Shown here: in pieces, positions 12,431 to 26,019 of the stretch
Numbering within the stretch: the stretch's first letter is position 1
Layout: each line of letters begins with the position of its first letter
Assembly: GCF_036321535.1 (NCBI RefSeq)
Contig: NC_087436.1
Location: forward strand, 37,388,001 to 37,452,000
Length of the DNA: 64,000 bases
Origin: Camelus dromedarius
Taxonomy: Eukaryota
Reading direction: 5' to 3'
The notes under the pieces: model-generated
What the model was told of the DNA's origin: nothing
What the model saw: only the letters and a program-made list of their open reading frames with translations
Database searches by the model: none
Position numbers and translations under genes: made by a program

Positions 12431-14019
12431 GTAGATGTACTCTTTTCTATTCCTTGGACAACCAGAAACTTTTAAAAAACATGGATCATTCATTTACAGT
12501 GTTATCCACCAGTGTTACTAGTGGAGTGTAAAATCCACCAGTAATTGAGGGCATTGTAATGTTCAGGGTCTAAAACCATCTTCTAGAAAGTAGAAAACAA
12601 GGTTCAGCAGAAAGGAAAAGACTAAATGGAGTTAGACTTAAGATAATTAAATTAGTAGCTCAATAAATCAAATTTGCACCTCTGAAAGTCTAAAGAAATT
12701 AGAGTTAGTACATTAAACTGTATTTGATACTTATTTATCTGCTTAGATTTTTGTTATATTTTTATTTCAGTCTCTGGATAGCAAGAAACTGTTTATTCCA
12801 TGACTATCTTTTTTTCTTTTTCTTTTTCTTTTTCTTTTAACCCCTTGACACAGAATTTTAATAAATTGAGAACTGTTTAGTTGGTGAAGCCTATACTCAT
12901 AAAAATGTCTCTTTTATGTAACTATTTTATTTGTTGGCATAAAATGAGAAGAAGAGACACTAATGCATGAAGTTATTATTTCACTGAAAATAGTCCATGT
13001 TAGACTCCAGAATGGTAACACAAGTATAGCAAAGGACTGCACAGATTGTATGTTTTTTTCTCAGAAAAACAGACTGGGGTTGAGGGGGTTTTCATAATAG
13101 CTGTTGATGATTAATAATAATAAACTAAAGCAACACTAATAGTGTAAACACCAAGAATAGCTATAATAAGAAAGCTATCTTTCTTTACATCCAATAATAA
13201 AGTAAAGGAACAATTAAGAATGAAGTGAGGAATAGTTAGTAGGTAGAAGAGGGAGTTAATACCATGCTTTGAAGAAAACATTAGTGCCGTTCTGAATAAA
13301 CAGAATATTCCTTTTATTATGGCTCTATAAGACTATTATAAATGTTTAGAACACCTCTACAAAATGTTTCATTAGATGAGTTATTTTTGTCATTTTTTGT
13401 CAGAACAAAAAAAGCAGTACTAACTTGAATTAAAATTTGGAAACTTTAACACTTTTTAATATTACTAGTAACTTTTAAAATAAAGTTCTAAAAGTTTGAT
13501 TGCTCTAGGGGCTTGATATAAATATATTTTATTGCTCATTGCTAGCTAATTTGAGGTCTTTGAGTAGGAAAAAGGTGGCTGGGGAAATAAAAAGTCATCA
13601 TTGAAATTTTCCACTGGTTAATGTAGAATTCTGAAAACACTATTTTGGAACTCAACCAGGCACTTAGAAAGGTGAGCTCTGTAAGTATTTTCTATTACTT
13701 TGTATCATGTTTTTGTCAGATACTGTGTTTCAGCTCTATTTAAATGAGGTATCTTAACTTAAGATAATTTGCCTAAGGTTCCACAGCTTGTTCATTAAAT
13801 CCCTTGGAGAAGAGGGATTTAAACAACACTACACAAAATATGTTTGGAAGGATGGTTTATAAGTCTTATTATTGTGTATGAAAGTGCTAGAAGAAACTAT
13901 GGAGTAAATGTACTTTATTCTTTAAATATAGCATTTAGAAATTCTCCTTCATTACTATTCTATTCATTTTATTGAATTTTTAATATCTTTAAACATGTAC
14001 ATATATATTTAGAATTTTA

Positions 14020-16265
14020 CAACCCCCTATCAAGGGGACAATGGCCAGCACACTCTGAGGAAAGACATAGCAGGCATCCATATCAAAAACAATCCTCTCA
14101 CCAAAAATGCTAGACTCACCCAGTATATACAGGGATGGCCCCACGTAAAAACAGCCCCTCAAGACCACAATAGATAACTGTTTCTTCTAAATTCAGAGTC
14201 AGAGAAATTTAAGTAAAATTAAAAAGCAGAGGAACTACTCCCAATTAAAAGAATAAGAGAAATCCCTACAAGAACAAACAATGAAATCGACCTCTCCAGT
14301 CTACCAGATCCAAATTTCAAAAAGTAAGTAATAAAAATGCTAAAGGTATTAAGAAAGACTATTAATAGAAATGCAGATCACTATAACAAGGAACTAGAAA
14401 CTATAAAAGGAACCAATCAAAAGTAGACAACTCAATTGTCAAGGTAAAAACCAAGCTAAAGGCAATGAATAGAAGATAAAATAATGCAGAAGAAAGAATA
14501 AGTGATCTGGAATACAGAATAATAGAAGTCACCCCAAAAGAACAACAGACAGAAAAACAAATGAAAATAAAATAAAAACAACATATGAGGTTTTATGGGA
14601 TAATATGCCAACCTATATAAAACAGGGTTTCTAGGAGAAGAAAAAGAAATGGAGATCAAAAATGCATTTGAAGAAATTATGGCTGAAAACTTCCCAAACC
14701 TAAAGAAAGAAACAGATATCCAGGTGCAGGAAGCACAGAGGGTCCCAAATAAGATAAATCCAAACAGATACACACCAACACATTTCATAATTAAAATGGC
14801 AAAGGTGAAAAATAAAGAGGATTCTCAAGGCAGCAAGACAAAAACAGAGAGTCAGTTATAAGGAGACCCTCATAGGGCTATCAGCTAATTTTCCTACAGA
14901 AGAGTTGCAGGCCAGAGGGGAGTGGCATGATATAGTCAAAGTCCTGAAAGGGAAAAACCTGTAACCTAAGATACTCTACTCAGCGAGTATCATTCAGAAA
15001 AGGAGAAAGAATTTCTCAGAGAAGCAAAAACTAATACAGCAATACTAAACCTGAACTAAAATAAATATTGAAAGGTCTTCTCTAAGTAGAAAAGCAGCAA
15101 AAATCTATAGGAAAGGGAAAATTACAATAGGAAAGGCAAATATATAAAAGGATTGAAGATCACTTAAATAAGCCAGTACATAGATTAAAAAAAAAAAAAA
15201 AAATTTTCTGAAAGCAATTTTAACTACAATCAACAGCAAAAGGAGAAACATGAAGATGTAAATCAGCCCATCAAAATCACAAAATGTGGGGGAGGGGAGT
15301 AAGAAAATGTAGATCTTTAGAGTATGTTTGAACTTGTCTAAAGAAAGTAGGTATAGTTTTGGTTTGACATACTTGAAAACCAGGGTCATCACAAATAAAA
15401 AAACCCATAATAGATTCACAAAAACTAAAAAGGAACACAAGCATAATACAAAATAAAACCATCAAGCCACAAAAGGAAAAACAAAAAGAAAGAATAACTA
15501 CAAAATCAACTAGAAAACAAGATTTAAAATGGCAATAAACACATATTTATCAATAATTTAAATGTCGTCAATGGTCTAAATGCTCTGATCAAGATATGGA
15601 GTGGCAGACTGGATAATAAAACAAGAATGTACAATACGTTGCTTACAAGAGATTCACTTGAGGGTGAAAGATACAAATAGATCGAAGGGATGGAAAAATA
15701 TATTTCATGCAAATAGAAATTATAAGAAAGTGGAGGTAGCAATACTCCTATTAGACAAAATAGACTTTAAAACAAAGTCCATAAAGAAAGGCAAAGAAGG
15801 ACACTATATAATGATAAAGGTATACAAGAAGAGAATATTACACTAATTAACATACATGTGCCCAATTTAGGAGCACCTCAATACATAAAACAAATACTAA
15901 AAGACATAAATCGAGAAACTGACAGAAATACAGTAATAGTAGGGCACTTTAACACCCCACAGACATCCATGAAGAGGTCTTCCAGACAGAAAATCAGTAA
16001 GTCAACAGAGATCCTAAATGACACCATAGAACAATTGGACTTAATTGCTATCTACAGGACACTATACCCAAAAAAACTCCCAGAATACACATTCTTTTCA
16101 ACCATGCATGGAACAACATTCTCTAGGATAGGCCACATACTAGGACACAAAATAAGCATCAACAAATTTAAGAGGTAAGAAATTATTTCAAGTATCTTTT
16201 CTGATCACAATGGTATGAAATTAGAAATCAACCATTTAAGAAAAACAAGAGAAAAAAAGATTACA
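14020..16265 (+). mobile_element. L1 fragment: end of 5' UTR, decayed ORF1, spacer and ORF2 endonuclease domain; 3' part missing
   Basis: ORF 14649-14861 (FEEIMAENFPNLKKETDIQVQEAQRVPNKINP) is ORF1p. ORFs 15601-15846 and 15858-16178 (CLQEIHL, IVGHFNTP, TFSRIGHILG) are APE-type endonuclease. ORF2 ATG ~15529. Confidence 0.95.
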
Positions 16266-16419
16266 TAGAATTTTACACTAAGCATATGTATGATCATGCT
16301 GAACACAGATTTTAATACTATCCCCTACTTGTTCTGTTTGGCTTCTGTCTCAACTTATTGCTTCCTTTCTCCTCTCCTCCATTATGAGGGCCTCCCATCC
16401 CATTAGTCCACATTAAGAA

Positions 16420-17450
16420 CCCAATTTTCTCATATTTTTCCTCTGAATAAATGGATGTAGTGATTATTCTTGTCATTTTTAAAAAATGAGATCATATTGT
16501 ATCTTACATATTTCTTACATGTTGCTTTTCTTACTCATGGAGAATCTTCTGAATTCATACAGTTCTATGAGTTCTACATATTTAATCACTATATCACATT
16601 CAATAGTGTGTGTATGGGGTAAATTACTCAACCACTTATGAGCATTCACTTTGTTTCCTATTTTTGTTACTATGAACAATGCCACAATAAATATCCTTGT
16701 ATAAATACATGTCTTTTTTTACTGGTTGCTTGATTACCATAAGGTAGATTGTCAGGAATGGGGCTGTTAGATCAAAACCTATATGTCGTCTAAATGTAAT
16801 AGATGTCACTAAGTGGCTTTTCAAAAAGGGTATCACAACTCAGTTTATTCAGCAGTTAAAACAGTATCTTTCTTCCAAATCCCTACTAGCAGCTTTATTT
16901 TGTTCAAATTTCTATCAGTCTGATGGGTAAAAATGATAGCTCCCTGTTATTTTATTTTGTGTTTTCCTGACAGCATTTTTCATACACATATATGTGGGTG
17001 TGTATATATGCACATACAATTGGCCATTTGGATTTACTCTTCCGTATCATTTGCCTACTTTTTTCTCTTATTATTTGGGTTTTTTATTTGTCAATTTGTA
17101 ATAAACATATTGTATAATGTAGATACGAACTATAGACTACTACATATTATTATTATATTATTATTTATATTATCTTGTTTACTGCATTTTTTCAAGGTAC
17201 TGAGACTTTCACTTCTACTTTTATACATAAATGTGTCTGTGTATCCTTTTATTTTATGTGTTTCTGGTAGCAGATGATCTTTCCTGTCCCTGAATTGTAC
17301 TTTTAGTCTCCTGGATTTCATTACAAGTGTTTTTTGTTTTATTTTTATATTCAAATTCTTTCTCTATTTGAAAGGTGTTTTTTACATATTGTGTAATATT
17401 TGTATGCACTTTTATCTTCTTTTGTATAGATAATTATGCCACCATGACTT
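16420..17450 (-). mobile_element. Old L1 (L1ME/L1MC-type) 3' fragments
   Basis: Antisense motifs (ttgttactatgaacaatgccacaataaatatccttgt, cagtctgatgggtaaaaatgata, ttggccatttggatttactctt). Confidence 0.65.
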
Positions 17451-17689
17451 AGTAAAGTATGTAATGGCTTCCCACTATTTGCACTATAAACTACAAGAAA
17501 TATTGAGTTTCCGTGTATTTTTGAAGGTATTATTTGGTTTCTTCATTAATACCAAAAATCATTATTTGGGTTTAGGGGTTTTAGATAATGGTCAGATAAC
17601 TGACAATTCAGGTCTCACCTCACCCTTCTTTTTCATACTTCTCTGTTTTCAGGAATTTAATTTTTCTATGTAAAAATCTAAGATTACTT

Positions 17690-18212
17690 TTGCTACCTGT
17701 CCATTATTAACTAGAGACTTTGCTCTGTGTATTTTGTCTCCAGGACTTACACTGATGAAGTAGCCATTACCTTGAAATGTTATCAGTCACTGCATAAGAG
17801 GAAAATGAGAACTCTGGAAGTTCTCTTGTCAATTACTTTTAAGCCAGAGTAGAAGTTATGACACATTCTGTCACAACTCTTTGGCAAGAAGCAAGCAAAT
17901 TTACATATGAAGCTTATCTTGGGCAGCTGCCCACCAAATCTTGAGTTTATATGAAGGTCTTAAAATAATAAGGCTCAGTAATGTATACTGTCCAGATGGT
18001 TTCAACAACACATTACTTTTCCAAGGCTATATCTTTGAAACAGCTCGCAGTGGAGGAACCGTGGGGGAGAATGTACATTCTAAAGGCAGAGGATGAGGTA
18101 AGGAGCCTCATGTGGATTCACCCAACCACAAGGAATCCAGAAGGAGCAACCTACCACATGGTCAGAAGGAATAAGTGGAAACATTTGGTGACCTACAGTA
18201 ATGACAACAACA
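17690..18212 (-). mobile_element. Diverged MLT1J/L-type LTR pieces
   Basis: gaagttatgacacattctgtcacaactctttggcaagaagcaagc and terminal gaaacatttggtgacctacagtaatgac resemble old MLT1 LTRs. Confidence 0.45.
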
Positions 18213-18462
18213 TATAAACACACCTTGTTAATTTCTATATCTACATTAAAATTTTTAATGACTTATTTGTGATCAAAGAAAAGAAAAGCAGGAATGAGAA
18301 TATTAATTTTAGACAAGGTGTAATTTAAAATTCAAAATATTAAAGAAGCTACAAAAGGACACTTCATGATACTAAAAATAATTATATCATAAACATACAC
18401 ACATATATATAAATAACATACATAAAATAATAAGTTTAAAGAGTCTTTGATAAAACATAATT

Positions 18463-19030
18463 TGAAAAAATGCATGCACCCCAATGTTTATAGCAGCACT
18501 ATTTACAGTTGCTAAGATATGGAAGCAGCCTAAGCACCCATCAAAAGATGAATGGATAAAGATGTGGGATATGTGTATGTATGTATGTATAAAATATATA
18601 TACATATATATATATATTACTCAGACATAAAAAAGAATGAAATATTGACATTTGCAGCAACATGGATGGACCTAGAGAATATCATACTAAGTGAAGTAAG
18701 AGAAAGACAAATATATGATATCACTAATATGTGGAATATAAAAAATAACACAAGTGAATTTATCTACAAAACAGAAACAGACTCAGACATAGAAAACAAA
18801 CTTATGGTTACAAAAGGGGAAAAGGAGGAGTATGGGATTAACAGATACACACTACTCTATATAAAATAGATAAGCAACAAATATTTACAGTATAGCAGAG
18901 AGAACTATATTCAATATTTTACAATAACCTATAATGGAAAATAATCTGAAATATACATATACATAACTGAATCAATTTGCTGTACGATGGAATCTAACAC
19001 AATACTGTAAATCAACTATACTTCAATAAA
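18463..19030 (+). mobile_element. 5'-truncated artiodactyl-type L1 3' end
   Basis: tgcaccccaatgtttatagcagcac...gcaacatggatggacctagag...cttcaataaaa. Direct repeat ataaaacataatt at 18450-18462 and 19026-19038. Confidence 0.92.
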
Positions 19031-19109
19031 ACATAATTATATGAGAACATGTAACACTTTAATAGTAAAATTATAAACTTTATATATTTATATGCCCACT
19101 ACTTTTATT

Positions 19110-19540
19110 TTTCCTTTGTAGGTAATATGTTCATTTTTTTCCAGAAAGCTCATAGGATTTGTTTCTTGATCCTTAAGAACTTTACTTTCATAAAGGTATG
19201 ATAAGTAGGATGTGCCTAGAGGTATTCATTTCCTCCTCAACTGACTGGAACACAGTAAGATTTTTCAGTATTTTGAAGTCTTTTCCTCAGCTAAATTTTT
19301 CCTATATTGCTTATTTAAATTTTGATTCTATTTCTTTTTCTGCTCTATAATTTCTATTATTGTTTATCCATTGTTTTAGCTCAGTCTTTCAATGTCTTCT
19401 CTATCCCTGACCTATTTTCATCTCTTCATATTTTTGTCATGTGCTTGAAGATAGTTTTGCAAACCTAGTCTTTCAGGGAACAAATTCAGGAATCAAAAAT
19501 TGTATATTCTTTAATTCATCAACTAAATTTCTTAGTTGAG
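19110..19540 (-). mobile_element. Ancient L1/HAL1 ORF1-type fragment
   Basis: T-rich antisense ORF1-like sequence (tttcctttgtaggtaat, gatgtgcctagaggt, ttaattcatcaactaaattt). Confidence 0.45.
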
Positions 19541-19799
19541 AAATATCTCAACTATGAGTGATCAAAGATCATTTGAGGGGGACTCACAAATATTTTTTAA
19601 GTTTAAATGGACTCTGTACATTTAAAAACAATTATTTAAAATATTTCATACATATGAAAATATATAAAGCATATTTCAAACACTTCTGTACCCATCATGG
19701 GTTAAGAAATAAGACTTTACCCATCTTGGTGTGGGTTTCTCTGAACTCATTTTATTTGTACCTCTCTGGGCTTCCTGGATCTACATGTTTAACCATGAA

Positions 19800-21575
19800 A
19801 AACATGATAGAATAGAGAGCCCAGAAATAAACCCATGCACCTATGGTCAATTAATCTATGACAGAGGAGGCAAGAATACACAGTGGAGAAAAGACAGTCT
19901 CTTCAACAAGTGGTATTGGGAAAGCTGGACAGTTGCATATAAATCAATGAAATTAGAACACTCCCTCATACCACATACAAAAATAAACTCAAAATGGTTT
20001 AAAAACCTAAATGGAAGATATGACACCATAGAAGTCCTAGTAGAGAGCATAGGCAAAACATTCTCTGACAAATCTGTACCAATGCAATTTGCCTTGGGAT
20101 CAGTATTCCAAGGAAAAATAAATAAAAGCAAAAATAAACAAATGGGACCTAATCAAACTGAAAGCTTTTGCCACAGCAAAGAAAACCATCAGTAAAAAGA
20201 AGAGACAACCTATGAAATGGGAAAAAAATATTTGCAAATGATGCAACCAACAAGGGGTTAATATCTAAAATATACAAATGCCTTGTACAACTTAATTTTG
20301 AAAAAAACAAACTATCCAATCAAAAAATGGGCAGACCTAAACAGACATTTCTCCAAAGAAGACACACAGAAAAGAAAAAGAAGGAAAGAAAAAGGAAAAA
20401 AAAAAAACAGATTCACAAACATAGAAAGCAAACTTATGGTACCAGGAGGAAAGGGGGTGGGATAGAATAAACTGGGAGTTCAAGATTTGCAGATACTAAC
20501 TACTATATATAAAATAGATAAGTTTATATTGTATAGCACTATATTCAATATCTGATAATAACCTATAATTTAAAAGAATATGAAAAAGGAATATATGTAT
20601 GTAGATGTATGACTAAAACATTATGCTGTACATCAGAAATTAACAAAACATTGTAAACTGAATGTACTTCAACTAAAAAATAAAATAAATTAAAAAAAGA
20701 CATACAGATGGCCAACAAGCCGTGACAAGATGCTCAACATCACTAATCATTAGAGAAATGCAAATTAAAACCATAATGAGATATCCCCTCACCCTGGTTG
20801 GAATGGCTATCATCAAAAAGTCTACAAATGATAAATGCTGGAGAGGGTGTGGAGAAAAGGAAACCCTCCTACACTGTTGGTGGGAATGTAAATAAATACA
20901 GTCACTGTGGTAAACAGTATGGAGGTTCCTTTCAAAACTAAAAATAAGCTAACATATGAGCCAGCAATCCTACCTCTGGGTATATATCCGGAAAAGATGG
21001 TAAGTCTAATTTGAAAAGATAAATATGCTCCAGTGTTCATACAGCACTATTTACAATAGCCAAGATATAGAAACAACCTAAGTGCCCATCAACAGATGAC
21101 TGACTTATGACAATGTGGGGGGGGGTGTATAACGGAATATTACCCAGCCATAAAAAGAATTAAATATTGCTATTTGCAGCAACATGGATGAACCTAGAGA
21201 ATGTTATACTTGGTGAAGTCAGACAGAGGAAGACAAATATTATATGGTATCACCTATATGTGGAATCTAAAAATTAATACAAATGAATCTGTATACAAAG
21301 CAGAAACAGACTCACAGACAGAAAACAAACTTATAGTTACCAAAGGGGAAAGGTAGGGGGAGAGGGGTGAATTAGGAGCTACTACTACTATATAAAATAC
21401 TATACATAAAATAAATAAGCAACAAGGATTTACTATATAGCATAGGGAACTATATGCAATATCTTGTAATAACCTATAATTGAAAATAATCTGAATATAT
21501 ATATATAACTGAATCAATTTGCTGTACAATGGAATCTAACACAATATTTTAAATCAATTATACTTCAATAAAAAA
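19800..21575 (+). mobile_element. 5'-truncated L1 (ORF2 C-terminal region + 3' UTR) carrying a nested younger L1 tail
   Basis: ORF 19731-20195 contains [35 protein letters not shown] (L1 ORF2). The 3' UTR ends cttcaataaaaaataaa. Confidence 0.95.
20371..20696 (+). mobile_element. Nested young L1 3' UTR fragment with TSD
   Basis: Same family as 60010-60300. Flanked by aagacacacaga (20359-20370) and aagacatacaga (20697-20708). Confidence 0.88.
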
Positions 21576-21579
21576 TAAA

Positions 21580-24282
21580 GAATATCCTAACCAGCAAAAC
21601 TGCCCTTCAGAATTGAAGTAGTGATAAAGATTTTTCCAGACAAGCAAAACTAAAGGAGTTCATCATCACTAAACTAACTGTACAAGAATGGTTAAAGGGA
21701 CTTCTTTAAGCTAAAATGAAAGGGTGCTGATTAGTAACAGGAAAATATATGAAAGCATAAATCTGACTGGTGATGATAAATATATAGTAAAATTCAAAAT
21801 AATCTGTTGTAAAGGTGGTGAGTTAATCACTTATAGAACTTGTATTAAGGTTAATAAACAATAGTAATAAAAGTAACTATAATAATTGTAAGGGACACAA
21901 AATAAGATTTACATTGTGACATCAAAAAAACGTGGAGGGGAGGACTAAGAATGTAAATTTAGAATGCATTTAAATTTAAGTTATCATCAACTTAAAACAG
22001 ACTGTTATAAGTTGTTTTATGTAAGCCTCTTCTAAGATCAGGCACAAGGCAAGGATACTCATTCTCACCACTTTTACTCAACATTGCATTGGAAGTCCCA
22101 ACTAGAGCAGTTAGGCAAGAAAGAGAAATAAAGGCACCTAAATCAGAAGGGAAGTAGTAAAACTGTCACTATTTGCAGATGAAGTATTACTTATAGAAAA
22201 GTCTAAAAGATTCCACCAAAAAAAAATGGTTAGAACTAATGAATTAATTCAGTAAAGTTGCAGGATACAAGTTAATATACAAAATTCTGTTGCATTTCTA
22301 TGTGTTATAACAAAATATTAGAATGAGAAATTAATAAAACAATCCATTTATAATTGCATCAAAATACACAGAGATAAATTTAAACAAGGAGGTGAAAGAT
22401 ACATACTCTGAAAATGCGTGACATTTATGAAATAAATTGAAGAAGACACAAATAAATGGAAATATATTTCGTCCTCATGGATTGGAAGAATCAGTATTGT
22501 TATACACCCATATTACAGAAGGAATCTTCAGATTCAATGCAATCCCTACCAAAATTCCAATGGCATTTTTAATAGAACAGAAATATTCTAAAATTTGTGT
22601 GAAACCACAAAGGACCATGAATAGCCAAAGCAATCTTGAGAAAGAAGAACAAGGCTGAATGCATCATGCTGCCTGATTTCAAACTACATTACAAAACTAT
22701 AGTAATCAAAGTGTATCGTATTGGCATAAAAACAGACGTGTAGTTCAATGGAACAGATTAGAGAACCCATAAATAAGCATATATATTATACAGTCAATTA
22801 GTTCATGATAAAAGACCCTAAGAATATACAATGGGGAAAGGACAACCTCTTCAATAAATAGTGTTGGGAAAATTGGACAGCCACATAAAAAAAGAATGAA
22901 ATGTACTGCTGTCTTATAATATACACAAAACTAACTCAAATGGATTAAAGAATGTAAGATCTGAAACCATAAAACTCCTAGAAGGAAACATAAGTAGGAA
23001 GCATCTTGGCGTCAGTATTAGTATTTTTTTTTTTTTTTTTGGATTTCACACCAAAAGCAAAGGCAACAAAAGCAAAGTAAACAAGTGGGGCTTTATCAAA
23101 CTAAAAAACTTCTGCACAGCAGAGGAAACTGTCAACAAAATGAAGAGGCAATCTACTAAATGGGAGAAAATATTTGCAAATCTTAAGTCTGATAAGGGGC
23201 AAATATCCAAAAAGTATAAAGAACTCATAGAACTCAACAGCAAAAAGCCCCAAAACAATCTGACTGAAAAGTTGACAAAGGGTCTAAATAGACAGTTTTC
23301 CAAAGATGACATACAGATAACCAACAGGTACATGAAAAGATACTCAGCATAACTAGTCATCAGAGAAATGTGAATCAAAACCATAATAAAATATTATCTC
23401 ACACCTGTTAGAATGGCTATCATCAAAAAGACAAGAAATACGAATTTTTGGCAAAGATGTGCTGAAAAGGGAATGTTTGTGCTCCATTGGCAGGAATGTA
23501 AATCGGTGCAGCCGCTATGGAAAATAGTATGAAGGTTTCTCAAAAAATTAAAACAAAACTGCCATATAATTCAGCAATTCCATTTCAGGTTATGTATCTG
23601 AAGAAAATAAAAACACTAACTCAAAAAAGATACATGCATCCCCATGTTCTTTAAGTATTATTAACCAAGATATGGAAGCAAATTGAATGTCCACTGTTGG
23701 ATGAATAAATAGGTAAATGGGGTGTGTGTATAATATATATAGTAAACACACATCTACAACGGTATATTATTTAGCCATAAAAAAGGAAATCATGCATTTG
23801 TGGCCACATGGATGAACCTTGAGGGTATTATGCCAAGTGTAGCAAGTCAAACAGAGAAAGACAGATACTGCATGATCTCATTTATATACATGGAATCTAA
23901 ATCAACACAAAACAAATCCAAGCTTATGAATACAGAGAACAGATTGTTGGTTGCCAGTAGTGGGGGTGGGAGGTGGGTGAAATGGGCGAAGCAGCAAAGG
24001 TAAAAACTTGTAATTATAAATATATTGCAAGAATGTAATATATAGAATGGTAACTATGGCTAATAATACTCAATAGTTAATAATATTCTATTGTATGTTT
24101 GAAAGTTACTGAGAGAATAGATCTTAAAAGTTCTAATTATAAGAAAAAGCACTACGTCTATTGATGGATGTTAACTAGACTTACTGTGGTGATTATTTTA
24201 CAATTTATACAAATATGCAATCAGTGGGTTATATACCTGAAACTAGTAGAATGTTATGTCAATTATATCCAAAAAAAAAAAA
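21580..24282 (+). mobile_element. Older L1 (L1MA9/10-like): ORF1 C-terminus and spacer joined directly to the ORF2 RT/C-terminal region, 3' UTR and poly(A)
   Basis: ORF1 motif ccagcaaaactgcccttcagaattgaag. Junction to ctaagatcaggcacaagg at ~22030. tttgcagatga at ~22172. Terminal A run at 24271-24282. Confidence 0.92.
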
Positions 24283-24289
24283 GTCAGTG

Positions 24290-24890
24290 TTAGCTAATAT
24301 TTATATTATTCTTTGCAGATAACATTTCTTCTGCTCTTCAGTTACCTTTATGATTTTTTCTTTATCTTAATGTTCAATTTCACTGATTTGTCTAGGTTTG
24401 GATTTTCTTTCATTTATCTTTTTAATGGTCTGTTTTTCTTCCATATCCCATGAATTCATATCTTTATATTTTTATTTCTATAATTCTTAGGTATAATCTC
24501 TTCAAATATTGTCTTTTCCACATTCTCTAATGTATCCTTCTGACACCCCAATTAATATCACACTCCAATTATAAAGATGTTAGAACTTACTATAAATTAA
24601 ATGTCTCCTAAATTCTTTAATATTTTCTAGGCCATTTCTTCTCTGAGCTGCCTAATAATTTTGTTTCCAGTTTCATAATTCTTTAGCTGTGCCTAATCTT
24701 CTCTTTACTCACTGAGATTATAATTTTAACTTTTTTTTTTAACTCCTAGGGGTTTGACTTTTTTCAAAGATCTTCATTTTTGTTGATTTATTTCCTTGAT
24801 CATATTTTGAGTATCTCCTTTACTTCTTTATACATTTAAACATTTTTATTACTTTTTGTTCATGACCATTAATTCTAATAACTGAAGTCT
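24290..24890 (-). mobile_element. Ancient L1/HAL1 ORF1-type fragment
   Basis: Antisense ORF1-like motifs (aatttcactgatttgtctaggtttggatttt, taatctcttcaaatattg, tctttagctgtgcctaatct). Confidence 0.55.
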
Positions 24891-24898
24891 CAGATGAG

Positions 24899-25993
24899 TG
24901 TTGGGAGAGGTAATCAAGAGAAAATGACCTCTAGTTGACCTTCAAGCTGAACCCAGTAATCAGAGGCTCCACATCCCTTTCCCTGTGCTTGGAATGTATA
25001 CTGTCCCTGATGTTTCTACAATGGAAATCATTTTCAAGGATGCAGCCTTAAGAGAGCAATGTGTTGTTAATACCTTCTGGATGGCAAAAATGACTTAGTC
25101 TCAATGTATGCCACAATATAAAGTTAATAGAAAAAAATCCATATGCCAAGGAGCAGACATTGTAAAAGCTCACACTTTTACTACTTCAAGACCTGTATTT
25201 GTACTTCAAGGTCCTGGATTTATGAAAGGAATCAATCTTAACTCCCTGCCTTGTGTAGGCCAAAGACTTTATTTTTCCCTCACAGCCATTAAAACTCATG
25301 CCTGGTAACAAAACATGGTAAACAGAATAATGGTCCCCCAAAATGTTCACATCCTAATCCTTGGTACCTGTAACTATGTGAGAACACATGGCCAAATTAA
25401 AATTAAATTTGCACGTAGAATTAGAGTGGCTATTCAGCTCACCTTAAAATAGGTAAATTATCTTGGATTATCTGGATGAGCTTAATTTAACCTCCTTAAA
25501 AGTAGAAGAGGCAGGTAGGAGAGTGGAGAGTCAGAGAAATGCCATGATGGAAAGAGGGTCAAAGAGTTGCTGGCTTTGAAGATGGAGGAAGGGGGCCTAT
25601 GAGCCAAGGAAGGCAAGTGGCTTCTAGAGGCTGAAAAAACCAAGAAAACAGATTCTCTTCTTAGAGTCTCCAGAAAGGGTCACAGTCCTACTAACATTTT
25701 GATTTGAGCCCAGTGAGACCATGTCAGACCTCTGATCTATAGAACTGTAAGGTAATATATTACATTGTTTTAAGCTGCCAAGTTTATAGTAATTTATTAT
25801 AGCAGCATTGGAAAACTAATATATGATGGTTAGTATATGCTGAGGAGTAGCTTGTAACTTTTAATTTTTTCTGTTCCTGGGGCTTTCCATTTCTCTCTTG
25901 GTGTTTGCTTTATTCAACTTAGAAATTCTTAAGTGTGCAGGACTTATAGTGGAAGATTTTTTAAAAACTACCTGGTCTATATTGGAAGAAACA
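24899..25993 (+). mobile_element. Possible ERV solo LTR (family uncertain) interrupted by MLT1D
   Basis: Begins tgttggg, has an attaaa signal (~25288) just before the MLT1D, and possibly ends ...gaaaca. No matching TSD seen. Confidence 0.35.
25316..25823 (+). mobile_element. MaLR solo LTR, MLT1D-like
   Basis: cagaataatggtcccc..atgttcacatcctaatcc...tgctggctttgaagatggaggaagggggcc.atgagccaagga...gcccagtgagacc...gaaaactaatata. Confidence 0.9.
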
Positions 25994-26019
25994 GAAGTTC
26001 CTCTAAGTAAACTAGCTTA

